DNA of 64,000 nucleotides from contig OZ244991.1 of NCBI GenBank assembly GCA_965223335.1, forward strand, positions 672,001 through 736,000. Reading direction: 5' to 3'. The stretch's first letter is position 1; every line of letters begins with the position of its first letter. Made by a program: the position numbers and the translations under genes. Source of the stretch: Thermodesulfobacteriota bacterium. Its GTDB lineage: Bacteria > Desulfobacterota_D > UBA1144 > Nemesobacterales > UBA2774. Positions 1 to 10,955 of the stretch are shown here, in pieces. The notes under the pieces are model-generated. The model made no database searches. It worked only from the letters and a program-made list of their open reading frames with translations, and was not told the DNA's origin.

Positions 1-1203
1 TCTACAGACTTAAACGATCTCGACCTGGGCATAGATGACGAGGAGTCTGATGAGATCAGCATAGAGCTTGGAATCGACCCCGACTCTGCCGACTCAACAT
101 CCGAGACCGAGTCAGACACACTCGACCCGCTCAAAATTGAAACCGGTACTGAACAAGACGACACACCGTTAGAAAACATAGATTTAGAGACGGACATTAC
201 GGCTGAGCAAAATACCGCTGAGGTCGATCTATCCCTTGATATAGAAGTGGATAGTACCCAGATTGAAGTCGAGACTTCCCCAACCCCTACAAATACAGAT
301 AGCGAAGTTATAGAGGGTTTAAGTACCGAGCCCGGGGAGAGCCCGCAAATTGATATAGAAATAGATACAAAGAGCACAAACGACGTTGCGGACCTCCTGG
401 GTGATGATGAGCCCACAATAGAGATTGAGGATTCTACCACAGAAGCAGAGCCCACTGTAGATAGCGAATTTATAAACGAGGTACTGGAAATCCATAAAAC
501 ACTCACCAAAGTAGATCACTATCAGTTATTAGACATAAGTAGAGATGCTGACACTGATCAAATACGTAACTCTTATTATGCACTAGTAAAGAAATTTCAC
601 CCCGACACCCACCCCGGTATGGATTCAGAGATGAGGGATAAAGTCGAGGAAATATTTACCACAATTACAAATGCTTACGAGACTCTCTCGGACGAAATGA
701 AGAGGGATACGTACGATGCGAGTGATGAAATTGCAGATCTACAAAACAATGCAATGTCCTATTACGACGCTGAGATCGCGTTTAAGGCCGGTGAAACGTT
801 TCTAAACCGCCGAAACTACATCGAAGCAGAAAGGAAGTTCAGCGAGGCTGTGGAGTTAAATCCCGAGGAACCCGCATATATCGGGGCTTCGGCATGGGCT
901 AAATACCTGGCTGCTAAAGATAAAAACACCGTAAAGGATGATTGCTCTCGTCTGCTTGAAGAGGCCATAAACGCAAACAACAATATTGCCCAGAACTACT
1001 ACTATCTAGGCACTATATATAAAAACGACGATAACACCTATAAGGCAGAGAAGCAGTTTGAAAAAGCCGTAGAGCTTGCTCCGGATTTCTTGGAAGCCAA
1101 GAGGGAGCTACGCCTGATTCAGACCCGAAAACAGAATAAAAAACAGTCTATGAAAGACAAAAAGACCGAAAAGAGGTTTTGGTCCAGTATATTCAAGAAA
1201 TAA
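1..1203 (+). CDS. DnaJ-domain / TPR protein with long acidic linker (5'-truncated by window edge)
   Basis: Frame +1 is open from base 1 and D/E-rich. J-domain (DHYQLLDI...KKFHPD...ITNAYETLSD...RDTYD) is followed by TPR-like repeats (AERKFSEAVELNP; YYYLGTIY...FEKAVELAP). Confidence 0.85.
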   Translation, partial: STDLNDLDLGIDDEESDEISIELGIDPDSADSTSETESDTLDPLKIETGTEQDDTPLENIDLETDITAEQNTAEVDLSLDIEVDSTQIEVETSPTPTNTDSEVIEGLSTEPGESPQIDIEIDTKSTNDVADLLGDDEPTIEIEDSTTEAEPTVDSEFINEVLEIHKTLTKVDHYQLLDISRDADTDQIRNSYYALVKKFHPDTHPGMDSEMRDKVEEIFTTITNAYETLSDEMKRDTYDASDEIADLQNNAMSYYDAEIAFKAGETFLNRRNYIEAERKFSEAVELNPEEPAYIGASAWAKYLAAKDKNTVKDDCSRLLEEAINANNNIAQNYYYLGTIYKNDDNTYKAEKQFEKAVELAPDFLEAKRELRLIQTRKQNKKQSMKDKKTEKRFWSSIFKK

Positions 1204-1302
1204 CACCCGTCTTATCAATTACAGATAAAAATTGTATTTTAGATTGTGTTTCCTTCTTTTTTTTGATAATCTTATAATCTAAGTTGCGTTAATTCCTAAA
1301 CA

Positions 1303-4300
1303 ATGAGAATCAAATCTATCGGGCTATCAGGATTTAAATCCTTCTACGATAAAACTGTTGTACAGTTTCATAACGATACGAGTGCGATCGTAGGTCCCAA
1401 TGGGTGCGGCAAATCCAATATATTAGACGCCATACGCTGGATACTCGGGGAACAGAACCCCCGCCGACTAAGAGCAGACGGCATGGACGAAGTCATCTCC
1501 AACGGAAGCGAGATTCTAAAACCGCTCGGCATGGCAGAGGTTTCCTTAGTAATGGAGGCACAGGAAAACGGAGGATTCGAAGAGGTAGAGATCAAAAGAA
1601 GGCTATTCCGCTCGGGTGACAGTGAGTATTACATAAACGGTGTCAACTGCCGTCTAAAGGACATAACCGAAATGTTTCTCGACACAGGCGCGGGTGCAAG
1701 GGCCTACTCAATCATAGGTCAGGGCCGAGTCGAGTTCCTAATCACCGCAAAACCCGAAGAAAAGAGGACCCTAATTGAAGAGGTAGCTGGGATCGGGAGA
1801 TATAAACTCAGAAAGCGCGAGACCGAGAGCCGTATAAGGTCTACAGAAGATAACCTAAGCCGTGTGACCGATATGGCAAACGAAGTAAAACACCATATGG
1901 ACACGCTTAGCAGACAGGCTGAAAACGCAGACAAATTCAAGCGTATTTCAGAAGAGGCTAAAAAACTAGAGTACTTTATATTAAGCGCTGAGCTCCTAGA
2001 GTTAAACGAAAACATAAATAGAATCTCAGCTGAACAAACCTCTCTCTCAACCGCTATTGCTGAGAGTGAGTCGAATATTCACGACAAAGACCAGCTAATT
2101 CGAGATATGAACTCCCTAATCGAGGTCTCAGATAAAGCCGTTGAAGAGTTAGAGAGTGATGTATATACGACTAAAACCAACCTGCAGTCCAAAGAATCTA
2201 TGCAGGAGATCGCAAGGAACGAGATTGCTAACATTGATATCTATATAGAGAGAATCAAAAAAGATATAGAGTCGCTAACACAAGAAAAAAATCTAACACT
2301 CTCAACAATTAGCAATAACGAAAGCAGACTCGGAGAACTTAAAACCCGGCTAGATTCCAAGTTAAATGAGATCCGGTCAAAACAAGACGAACTTTCAGCG
2401 CACAGATCAGGCTCGCAAAAGATAAAAACCGACCTCGACAACACAAAATCAGAGCTCTATCTTACATTAGACGAAATCAATTCATTCCGAGACACAATGG
2501 TAGGTTTTGAAAAAGAGCTAAGCGAATTGATTTCCAGAAAAAACATACTCACAGAAGAACTAACCCAGCACCAAAGCGAGAAAAAAGAGATATCCGGTAA
2601 ACTGACCGAGCTCGATAATACTATGTCCGATATAGCGGGCCGAAAAAAAGTTATCGAAGAAACAAATCAACAACTCGGCGAGCAAATAGAATCCTATAGG
2701 ACGAAACTAACAGTAAATGAAAATGAACAAAGCGAATTAACAAAAAACCTGAACGAAACTAAATCGCGTCTCGATGCACTTCGGCAGATACACGCCAACT
2801 ACGAATGGTTACCCCAGAAAATGAAGGAATTTGTAGTGGATTCGAAAGGTAACGGTATTATTGGTCTGGTATCTGATTTCATAAAGGCTAAAACTGGGTA
2901 TGAGACGGCCGTAGAATCGGCCTTAAGCGACAAACTGAGCTGGATAGTGTTAAGAGACCAATCCCACGTAAAAGAATCCATTGAATCGCTTCATAACAAC
3001 AACGTAGGCAGAGGCACTTTCTACACATCCACCCCAACAAATAAGCAGGGCAGAAACAATGCCGCTGAAGCCGGTCTTGCCCCACTTAGCAACTATATAG
3101 ATGCTGAGGGCCTTGAGAGAGACTTAATAGAGGCGCTTACTCAAAACATCTATGTTGTTGAGAGCTTAGACGATGGTCTCCGTTGCCATAACGACCAGAG
3201 CATCCATGCCACCCTTGTTACTCCAAAAGGTGATATTATTCACCCCGAAGGTGCTGTCACCGGAGGGCCGCCGGCACGAGGTGTGCTGACCATTAAAGGT
3301 GAGATTGACGAACTCTCAGCCCTTGTGAGCTCTATTGATGCAAATCTATCGGCTAAAACAAAGAAGATCGAAGATATAAGAAACGAGATCGACAACCTCT
3401 CCTCACGTTTTAAGTCCGAGGAAACCAAACTCATTGATATCGGCATCAAAGAGGCGGAAAACAACAAAGATATGCTAAACACAAGGAGTCTGCTAAATAG
3501 GATCGAGGAAAGGTGCAGTGCAATTGAGGATGAGATCGCACGCATTGATGAAGATACTCGGGGGCGTGAACTTAAAATTAACGAGATGAACACCACGGCT
3601 GCGAATTATGATCAAAAAAGGACGCAGATCCAACAAAACCTAAGCCTATTTGAAGAGCAGTTTAGCAATGTGGAAGAGGTAGAAAAAAAGATCGAAGCTG
3701 AGATTTCCGCACACTATATATCCAAAGCCTCTCTAGACGAACAGATCAAGAATATGGAAAAGGATATAGTAGAGCTAAATAGCAGGTCTGATCAAATAGA
3801 GATTAAACTCAAGTTCGAGACTAAAGAGATAGAAGAAAAAAACCAAAACAAGCTGGATTTACAACAAAAAAACATAGACGCCAAGAGCCAAATAAACCTG
3901 CTCGTAGAAAACCTGGAGACAAAAGAACAGGAACTTGCCGATAAAAAGACCGATCGTCTCAAAAACAATGAACAGCTGAAAACCTACCTGTCAGAGAAAG
4001 AAGAGCTGATGCAAAAGCTATCGGAGACCCACGATAAACACAACTCGCTTAGTATGGACTTAAACCGCCTTGAGATCGAAAAAGAGCATATTAAAGAGAT
4101 ATTCAGGAAAAACGATATTGACGAAAACACAATTTACAGCAAAGAAGACGGTGAAACACCCGAGATCCAACCAGAACCCATAGACATAGAGTCGAGCAAG
4201 ATTAAGCTCCAAAGGTTGCAGGCCAGAATAGAGAGGTTCGGCCCCGTGAACCTGCTTGCACCTGAAGAGTTCAAGAAACTCGAAGAACGACACATTTTCC

Positions 4301-4830
4301 TTACCGAGCAGATCGAGGACCTTACGTCCGCTATATCGTCGCTTAGAACTGCGATAAAAAAGATTGACAGCGAATCGGAAAAGCGATTTAAAGAGACCTT
4401 TGATCAGATGAACGAGAAGTTTACCGATATATTCAACCGATTGTTTAGGGGTGGAGAGGGTAAACTGGTGTTAACCGATCCCGATAACATGCTCGAGTCA
4501 GGTGTGGACGTAGTTGTAAGACCGAGCGGCAAGAGGTTTCAATCCATAAACCTGCTCTCTGGTGGGGAAAAAGCACTCTCTGCAATTGCTCTTGTGCTCT
4601 CAGCGTGTTGCATTAAACCAGCTCCTTTCCTATTGTTCGATGAGATCGATGCCCCGCTTGACGATAGAAACACAACACACTTTATCGACCTACTCACCGA
4701 GATGACGGATAGCTCTCAGGTCATCATGATCACTCATAACAAGAAAACTATGCAGTCTGTAAACTCGCTTATCGGCATTACATCCAATAACAAGGGCACA
4801 TCAAAGGTTGTCTCGGTAGAGTTAAACTAA
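1303..4830 (+). CDS. smc: Chromosome segregation protein SMC
   Basis: GFKSF, Walker A GPNGCGKSN, long coiled coils with hinge, signature LSGGE, Walker B FLLFDEIDAPLD. Confidence 0.97.
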   Translation: MRIKSIGLSGFKSFYDKTVVQFHNDTSAIVGPNGCGKSNILDAIRWILGEQNPRRLRADGMDEVISNGSEILKPLGMAEVSLVMEAQENGGFEEVEIKRRLFRSGDSEYYINGVNCRLKDITEMFLDTGAGARAYSIIGQGRVEFLITAKPEEKRTLIEEVAGIGRYKLRKRETESRIRSTEDNLSRVTDMANEVKHHMDTLSRQAENADKFKRISEEAKKLEYFILSAELLELNENINRISAEQTSLSTAIAESESNIHDKDQLIRDMNSLIEVSDKAVEELESDVYTTKTNLQSKESMQEIARNEIANIDIYIERIKKDIESLTQEKNLTLSTISNNESRLGELKTRLDSKLNEIRSKQDELSAHRSGSQKIKTDLDNTKSELYLTLDEINSFRDTMVGFEKELSELISRKNILTEELTQHQSEKKEISGKLTELDNTMSDIAGRKKVIEETNQQLGEQIESYRTKLTVNENEQSELTKNLNETKSRLDALRQIHANYEWLPQKMKEFVVDSKGNGIIGLVSDFIKAKTGYETAVESALSDKLSWIVLRDQSHVKESIESLHNNNVGRGTFYTSTPTNKQGRNNAAEAGLAPLSNYIDAEGLERDLIEALTQNIYVVESLDDGLRCHNDQSIHATLVTPKGDIIHPEGAVTGGPPARGVLTIKGEIDELSALVSSIDANLSAKTKKIEDIRNEIDNLSSRFKSEETKLIDIGIKEAENNKDMLNTRSLLNRIEERCSAIEDEIARIDEDTRGRELKINEMNTTAANYDQKRTQIQQNLSLFEEQFSNVEEVEKKIEAEISAHYISKASLDEQIKNMEKDIVELNSRSDQIEIKLKFETKEIEEKNQNKLDLQQKNIDAKSQINLLVENLETKEQELADKKTDRLKNNEQLKTYLSEKEELMQKLSETHDKHNSLSMDLNRLEIEKEHIKEIFRKNDIDENTIYSKEDGETPEIQPEPIDIESSKIKLQRLQARIERFGPVNLLAPEEFKKLEERHIFLTEQIEDLTSAISSLRTAIKKIDSESEKRFKETFDQMNEKFTDIFNRLFRGGEGKLVLTDPDNMLESGVDVVVRPSGKRFQSINLLSGGEKALSAIALVLSACCIKPAPFLLFDEIDAPLDDRNTTHFIDLLTEMTDSSQVIMITHNKKTMQSVNSLIGITSNNKGTSKVVSVELN

Positions 4831-5045
4831 ACCCAAAACTACCTGAGTCAGGTTGCGAATTATTAACTAATCCTAAACATTCCTGCAGAGGAATCTTTTT
4901 TCGCCTTAATTAATCTAATTTAGCAATGGTTACGGGCAATTGATAGCTGCTATCTACTAAATCCCGTAATGATGTATAGATTTGTGATATGTAGCATTTA
5001 CACTTATACTTTAACTGCTTTTCCCCAGCGGAGGACCTTTTCAAT

Positions 5046-7907
5046 ATGATTTCATATATTATGAAAAAGATCGTCGGCTCTCAAAACGAGAGAGAGTTAA
5101 AACGGCTTGCTTCGGTCGTAAAGACGATCAACGATCAGGAGAGTGGCCTGATCAACATACACACAAATGAGCTTCTGACCAAAACCGATGATTTCAAACA
5201 AACTATTGCAGATAAGCTAAACGGTAAAGGCTCAAGAGAGATTGACGATAAAACTCACGAGTTGATCGAAGACACACTATGGGACATCCTTCCCGACGCG
5301 TTTGCGTTGGTCCGAGAAGCAGGTCGCAGAACTCTCGGGATGCGCCACTTCGATGTACAGCTTATAGGGGGCATGGTCCTTCACCAGGGTAATATCGCAG
5401 AGATGAAGACCGGTGAGGGTAAAACACTGGTTGCAGCGCTTCCGCTTTATCTAAACGGTATAACGGGAAACGGTGCACACCTGGTCACTGTTAACGATTA
5501 CCTGGCAAGGCGCGATGCCATGTGGATGGGCCCCATATATAAAATCCTAGGACTCGATGTGGGTGTTGTAAACCACGATGTCTCTTACCTACTCGATTGG
5601 GAAGACCCGGTACGTGCACAAAATGCTATTGATAATAACTTAAGCGTGTGGCCCACGGAATATAGTGATATGGAAATCCCGCCTGAACGAAACCTCGATG
5701 TGCTGGCATCGTTTAAGACCAAGCTGGTCGAATGCACTCGTCAGCAGGCTTACCGTGCAAACGTAACCTACGGGACTAATAACGAGTTTGGGTTTGACTA
5801 CCTGCGTGACAATATGAAGTTCTCGTTGGATGACTATGTGCAGGGCGAACACACCTTTGCCATAGTGGATGAGGTCGACAGTATCTTGATTGACGAGGCA
5901 AGGACCCCGCTTATTATCTCGGGCCCTTCCGAGAGCTCGACCGAGCTCTATTTTAATATAGACAGGGTGGTAAAACGGCTTAGGCCCGACGTTGATTTCA
6001 CCATTGACGAAAAGACCAAACAGGTCACCCCGACAGAGGAAGGGTCCAGCAAGGTCGAGCGGGAACTGGGCATAAACAATGTATACGACCCCACAAACAT
6101 CGAGTTCCTGCACCACGTGATACAGGGGCTTAGAGCCCATAACCTGTTCCACAAAGACGTTGACTACATGCTTAAGGACGGCAAGGTGATTATTGTTGAT
6201 GAATTCACCGGAAGACTTATGCCGGGTAGAAGGTGGAGCGACGGACTACACCAGGCTATCGAGGCTAAAGAGGGTGTGGAGATTGAGAACGAGAACCAAA
6301 CCCTGGCCACCATTACTATCCAGAACTATTTTAGGATGTACCGTAAACTCGCAGGTATGACAGGTACGGCAGACACAGAGGCATTTGAGTTCAAAAATAT
6401 CTACAAACTGGATGTAAGCGTAGTACCCACCAACAAACCCATGATCCGCGACGATAGAAACGACTCTGTGTACAAAACTGAAAAAGAGAAGTACCAGGCT
6501 ATTGTAGACGAGATCCGAGAACAGACCGAACTAGGGCGCCCTACACTTGTAGGTACAACTTCTATTGAGAAATCGGAGAAACTGAACAAACTCCTTACAA
6601 AAGAAAAGATCCCGCACAAGGTGCTAAATGCCAAGCACCATGAGCAGGAAGCCGAGATCGTAGCACAGGCAGGACGCATCGGAGCCGTCACCATTGCTAC
6701 GAACATGGCCGGTAGAGGTACTGACATCATACTGGGCGGCAATCCTGAGTCCCTTGCCAAGGATATTATTCACAAGAAATTTAAGATCGATCCCACTGAG
6801 GCCGAGCCCGATCAGTTCGAAGAGGCAATGCTCGAGGCCAAGGGCATATGTGAAGACGAGAAAAAACGGGTGATCGATATGGGTGGGCTACATATTATAG
6901 GCACGGAACGCCATGAATCTAGACGAATCGATAACCAGCTACGCGGACGTGCAGGGCGTCAGGGTGATGAGGGCTCATCCCGCTTCTATGTCTCACTTGA
7001 AGATGACCTGATGAGAATATTCGCATCCGAGACTATCACTAAAATAATGGACAAGCTGGGCTGGGAAGAAGGCGAGCCGATCGAGCACAAAATGATCTCT
7101 AAATCCATCGAAAACGCTCAAAAGAAGGTGGAGGGGCGCAACTTTGATATTCGTAAACACCTGCTCGAATACGACGATGTACTCAACACACAGCGCGATG
7201 TTATATATAGACGCCGTAAAGAGATCCTGGCTGGCGGCGATACACTTAAAGACAACCTGTTCGAGATGACCGATGAGCTCATAGAAGAAATAGTAAACAT
7301 TAATGTCCCAGAAAAATCGGCCCCCGGCGAATGGGAGCCAAAAGAATTAGCGGAATCGATTCATGCAATTTTTAATATAGAGTACGATCTGACTGAACTT
7401 TCAGAGACCACGGGAAACAGGGACGAGATCACAGAGAACCTCATTGAGAAATTAAGGAGTTTTTATCAAGAAAAAGAGGAAGAGATCGGGTCAGAGACCA
7501 TGAGGCAGATTGAGCGTTATATTATGCTTCAAACCATCGACTATCTATGGAAAGACCACCTTCTCAACATGGACCATCTTAGAGAGGGTATAGGCCTTAG
7601 AGGATACGCACAGCGTGACCCACTGCGTGAATACAAGCGGGAGGGCTTTGATATGTTCTCGCGCCTCATGACACGCTATGCCGACGATATATGCGAAAAA
7701 CTGTTTAGGGTACAGCCTGTTAAGGAAACAGATATGGAACGTTTGGAAAGGCGACGGAAAATTGAGCAAGAGCGCATGGTGCTTAGCCATGGAGAGGCCC
7801 AAGAAAGAAAAACCCCTGTTCGCAGGCAACAGAAAAAGATAGGAAGAAACGACCCGTGTCATTGCGGGAGCGGGAAAAAATATAAAAAATGCTGTGGCAG
7901 AGCCTAA
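5046..7907 (+). CDS. secA: Preprotein translocase ATPase SecA
   Basis: [55 protein letters not shown]-terminal SEC-C motif [18 protein letters not shown]. Confidence 0.99.
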   Translation: MISYIMKKIVGSQNERELKRLASVVKTINDQESGLINIHTNELLTKTDDFKQTIADKLNGKGSREIDDKTHELIEDTLWDILPDAFALVREAGRRTLGMRHFDVQLIGGMVLHQGNIAEMKTGEGKTLVAALPLYLNGITGNGAHLVTVNDYLARRDAMWMGPIYKILGLDVGVVNHDVSYLLDWEDPVRAQNAIDNNLSVWPTEYSDMEIPPERNLDVLASFKTKLVECTRQQAYRANVTYGTNNEFGFDYLRDNMKFSLDDYVQGEHTFAIVDEVDSILIDEARTPLIISGPSESSTELYFNIDRVVKRLRPDVDFTIDEKTKQVTPTEEGSSKVERELGINNVYDPTNIEFLHHVIQGLRAHNLFHKDVDYMLKDGKVIIVDEFTGRLMPGRRWSDGLHQAIEAKEGVEIENENQTLATITIQNYFRMYRKLAGMTGTADTEAFEFKNIYKLDVSVVPTNKPMIRDDRNDSVYKTEKEKYQAIVDEIREQTELGRPTLVGTTSIEKSEKLNKLLTKEKIPHKVLNAKHHEQEAEIVAQAGRIGAVTIATNMAGRGTDIILGGNPESLAKDIIHKKFKIDPTEAEPDQFEEAMLEAKGICEDEKKRVIDMGGLHIIGTERHESRRIDNQLRGRAGRQGDEGSSRFYVSLEDDLMRIFASETITKIMDKLGWEEGEPIEHKMISKSIENAQKKVEGRNFDIRKHLLEYDDVLNTQRDVIYRRRKEILAGGDTLKDNLFEMTDELIEEIVNINVPEKSAPGEWEPKELAESIHAIFNIEYDLTELSETTGNRDEITENLIEKLRSFYQEKEEEIGSETMRQIERYIMLQTIDYLWKDHLLNMDHLREGIGLRGYAQRDPLREYKREGFDMFSRLMTRYADDICEKLFRVQPVKETDMERLERRRKIEQERMVLSHGEAQERKTPVRRQQKKIGRNDPCHCGSGKKYKKCCGRA

Positions 7908-7916
7908 TAACTACCT

Positions 7917-8858
7917 TTGACGAATAAAGACCTACTAGAAAAAGTTACAAAACTGGAAACAAGCATATCGAGTGTAATAAAAGGCAAGCCCGAGGCCATT
8001 AAAATTGCGCTCGTTGCCCTTATCTCGGGCGGTCATTTGCTGATAGAAGACGTGCCGGGTGTGGGCAAAACCACCCTTGCCCATGCACTCGCAAAATCCA
8101 CCAACTTGAGTTTCAAGAGAATACAGTTTACAAGCGACCTGCTGCCATCGGATATCTTGGGTGTTTCCGTGTTAGACCGCGACACAAACGAATTTACATT
8201 TAAAAAAGGCCCTATCTTCGCCAACATAGTCCTTGCCGACGAGATAAACAGGGCCACACCAAAGACCCAGAGTGCTCTGCTCGAAGCTATGAACGAATCG
8301 CGGGCTACGATAGACGGCAATGTATATAATCTACCGAGACCATTTATTGTGATTGCCACCCAAAACCCTTTTGAGTACAAGGGTACTTTCCCTCTGCCTG
8401 AAAACCAGCTCGATAGATTTTCGCTTAGGATAAGCATAGGGTACCCGGACCGGAGAAGTGAAAAAGAGATCCTTGCCAATTCGATGCCGGGTAATTCCTG
8501 GGACAAAATCGAGCCCACTATCTCTGCAGAGGATGTTATCACACTGCAGGAGATGGCCGTTGGGGTTCGTGTGGACGAAGCGATCCTCGACTACATACTC
8601 GAGATAATAAACCAAACAAGGAACCCAAACCTATTTGAGCTGGGTGTGAGCCCAAGGGGTGCGATAGCTCTTAAAAACACCGCACAGGCGCTTGCACTAG
8701 TGGGCGGGAGACAGTATTGCATCCCAGACGATGTAAAACAAATGGTGTTGCCTGTGCTGGCTCATAGAGTATTATTAAAAGGTGGGGTGATGATGCGGAG
8801 CGGGGGGCAGGAAGACGCACTGAGTGAAGTACTAGATACCGTAGAAGTGCCTGTATAG
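7917..8858 (+). CDS. moxR: MoxR-family AAA+ ATPase
   Basis: LIEDVPGVGKT, RIQFTSDLLPSD, LADEINRATPKTQSALLEAM, ATQNP...FPLPE.QLDRF. TTG start. Confidence 0.93.
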   Translation: MTNKDLLEKVTKLETSISSVIKGKPEAIKIALVALISGGHLLIEDVPGVGKTTLAHALAKSTNLSFKRIQFTSDLLPSDILGVSVLDRDTNEFTFKKGPIFANIVLADEINRATPKTQSALLEAMNESRATIDGNVYNLPRPFIVIATQNPFEYKGTFPLPENQLDRFSLRISIGYPDRRSEKEILANSMPGNSWDKIEPTISAEDVITLQEMAVGVRVDEAILDYILEIINQTRNPNLFELGVSPRGAIALKNTAQALALVGGRQYCIPDDVKQMVLPVLAHRVLLKGGVMMRSGGQEDALSEVLDTVEVPV

Positions 8859-8884
8859 ATTATATAATCAGGTAAGGGGAGAAA

Positions 8885-9154
8885 ATGAACAGCAGAAACA
8901 GTATCCATATCTATAAGGGTAAAGCGCCGTTTTACGCATTGCCCGTGGCATTAATCCTAGGGCTGGTAGTTTTTGGCATACTAGCTATATTCGGGCTTTT
9001 TATAGGCATCATTGCAGGTGCTTTATTTGTCTTATTTGGAGTGCTAAGGCTATTTAGCGGATTTGGTAAAAAGAAGCAGAGAAGGGTTGAGGACGACGGC
9101 ACCACAATCGTATTGGAAGAGAAGGATTATAAAGTAATAGATATAGAGAAGTAA
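8885..9154 (+). CDS. Small membrane protein of unknown function
   Basis: RBS-like GGGGAG upstream, long hydrophobic segment, charged C-terminal tail. Confidence 0.7.
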   Translation: MNSRNSIHIYKGKAPFYALPVALILGLVVFGILAIFGLFIGIIAGALFVLFGVLRLFSGFGKKKQRRVEDDGTTIVLEEKDYKVIDIEK

Positions 9155-9161
9155 TCAGATT

Positions 9162-9440
9162 TCAGACTAAATCATCAATTTCCCCGGCAAGCCGAAAATC
9201 CTTATTAGTAAGCCCGCCTTCACTATGAGTCGAAAGTGTGAGGGTTACTCTCTTATATTCTATCAATATATCGGGATGGTGGTCTGCCTTCTCGGCTAAA
9301 ATTGCCACTTTGTTTACAAAGCCTATTGCCTCTATAAAATCCCCAAGCGTAAACTCCTTAACAATCGATTTTTCAACCACACTCCAACCCTCTAACGCCC
9401 CGACTCTCTCTCGGATCTCATTATCATTTAAAAGTGCCAT
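9162..9440 (-). CDS. phhB: Pterin-4-alpha-carbinolamine dehydratase
   Basis: AEKADHHPDI, LSTHSEGGLT.KDF.LA motifs. Confidence 0.93.
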   Translation of the reverse strand: MALLNDNEIRERVGALEGWSVVEKSIVKEFTLGDFIEAIGFVNKVAILAEKADHHPDILIEYKRVTLTLSTHSEGGLTNKDFRLAGEIDDLV

Positions 9441-9516
9441 AAGCTACGCCCCCCTCGCAACAACACTAATTGAAACGAGCTGGATAGTCAAAGCCACACG
9501 GTTAGAATAGAGTGCT

Positions 9517-10017
9517 ATGAAAAACGTGTTTATCAGCTTGGGTACCAACATGGGTGATAGGACTGAAAATTTAAAGAGTGCGTTACTCCAAGTATCGAAA
9601 TTTTCTAAAATTATAAAGCTATCGTCCATATACAAAACAGAAGCTGTTGGAAATGAGAGCCAGCCCGATTTTTTAAATGCGGCAATTGAACTAGAGACCG
9701 GGCTTCTACCCTATGAGCTGCTTGAGAGACTGCACTCCATTGAGAACGAGATGGGGAGGAAACGAGAGACTAAATGGGGCCCGAGGATTATCGATCTCGA
9801 TATCATTTTCTATAACGATCTTGTCATCATTAGTCCAAATATTACCATCCCCCATCCACACGCTCACCAAAGGCGTTTTGTGATCGAACCTCTGGCTGAG
9901 ATCGCCCCCGATTTTATACATCCAAAGCTTAACATGACTATTTCAGAACTATCGGGCCAGCTCAGCGACTCTAAAAAAGTCATTAAGAGCGATAAGTTAT
10001 CTATAAAGTTTGCTTAG
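9517..10017 (+). CDS. folK: 2-amino-4-hydroxy-6-hydroxymethyldihydropteridine diphosphokinase
   Basis: SLGTNMGDR, FLN, KWGPRIIDLDII, IPHP...RRFV. Confidence 0.96.
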   Translation: MKNVFISLGTNMGDRTENLKSALLQVSKFSKIIKLSSIYKTEAVGNESQPDFLNAAIELETGLLPYELLERLHSIENEMGRKRETKWGPRIIDLDIIFYNDLVIISPNITIPHPHAHQRRFVIEPLAEIAPDFIHPKLNMTISELSGQLSDSKKVIKSDKLSIKFA

Positions 10018-10095
10018 TATATTTAGATCCCCATTGATATGAATCATGCATGGATCATACACATCAGGATCGATGGAAATTCTAGATCTTAAGTA

Positions 10096-10941
10096 CTAAA
10101 TACTCTTTGCAGACTCAAGTGTATTCCAAAGCAACATGGTTATAGTCATCGGGCCCACCCCTCCCGGAACAGGCGTGATGTAGGAAGCCACCTCACTTAC
10201 CCCCTCGAACTCCACGTCCCCGGTCAGTTTGCCTTCCTGGTTGCGATTAATCCCCACATCAATCACCACAGCCCCCTCCTTTACCATATCTGCGGTTATA
10301 AAGTTGGCTCTGCCGATTGCGGCAACCAATATATCGGCCCTCTTTGTTACCTCATCCAGGGGTTTTGTGCGCGAGTGACAGATCGTGACGGTGGCATGGC
10401 GGTGGAGTAAGAGAATGGATACGGGTTTCCCCACGATATTGCTCCTGCCCACTATGACAGCCTGCTTGCCCTCGATATCTATGTTGTAGTATTCGAGCAT
10501 CTTGATAATCCCATGTGGCGTACAAGAGATAAACCGCGGATGCCCCTCGACCAATAGACCCACGTTGTAGGGGTGAAACCCGTCTACATCCTTAGCGGGC
10601 GACACAGCGCGGAGCACATTTGTTTCGTTGATATGATCGGGCAGAGGTAGCTGGACCAAGATGCCGTGGACCTGTGGGTCGTCGTTTAATTTCGCCACAA
10701 GTGCTAACAGTTCTTCTTCCGTAGTATCAGTGGGGAGCTTGTGTTCCCACGAGTTCATCCCGCAGGCTGCACATGCCTTCCTCTTATTTCGCACGTATAT
10801 CTCAGATGCAGGATCCTCGCCGACCAGGACGGCTGCAAGCCCTGGAGTAATACCGGTATCGGATTTTAACTTTTCAACTTCTTGAGTAATCTGCTCTCTT
10901 ATGTGCTGAGAGACCTTTTTACCATCTATTAATTCCGCCAT
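10096..10941 (-). CDS. folD: Methylenetetrahydrofolate dehydrogenase/cyclohydrolase
   Basis: YVRNK, GILVQLPLP, KDVDGFHP, GRSNIVGKP, TPVPGGVGPMT. Confidence 0.98.
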   Translation of the reverse strand: MAELIDGKKVSQHIREQITQEVEKLKSDTGITPGLAAVLVGEDPASEIYVRNKRKACAACGMNSWEHKLPTDTTEEELLALVAKLNDDPQVHGILVQLPLPDHINETNVLRAVSPAKDVDGFHPYNVGLLVEGHPRFISCTPHGIIKMLEYYNIDIEGKQAVIVGRSNIVGKPVSILLLHRHATVTICHSRTKPLDEVTKRADILVAAIGRANFITADMVKEGAVVIDVGINRNQEGKLTGDVEFEGVSEVASYITPVPGGVGPMTITMLLWNTLESAKSI

Positions 10942-10955
10942 CTAGTGCTCCTTAG

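Noticed and set aside
5580..5738. Intein in SecA
   Set aside because: The insert is too short and lacks the N-terminal C/S and C-terminal HN-C/S/T splice motifs.
10025..10095. Imperfect palindromes between convergent folK and folD
   Set aside because: AT-rich, weak stem with no clear U-tract. It may be a terminator but cannot be supported.
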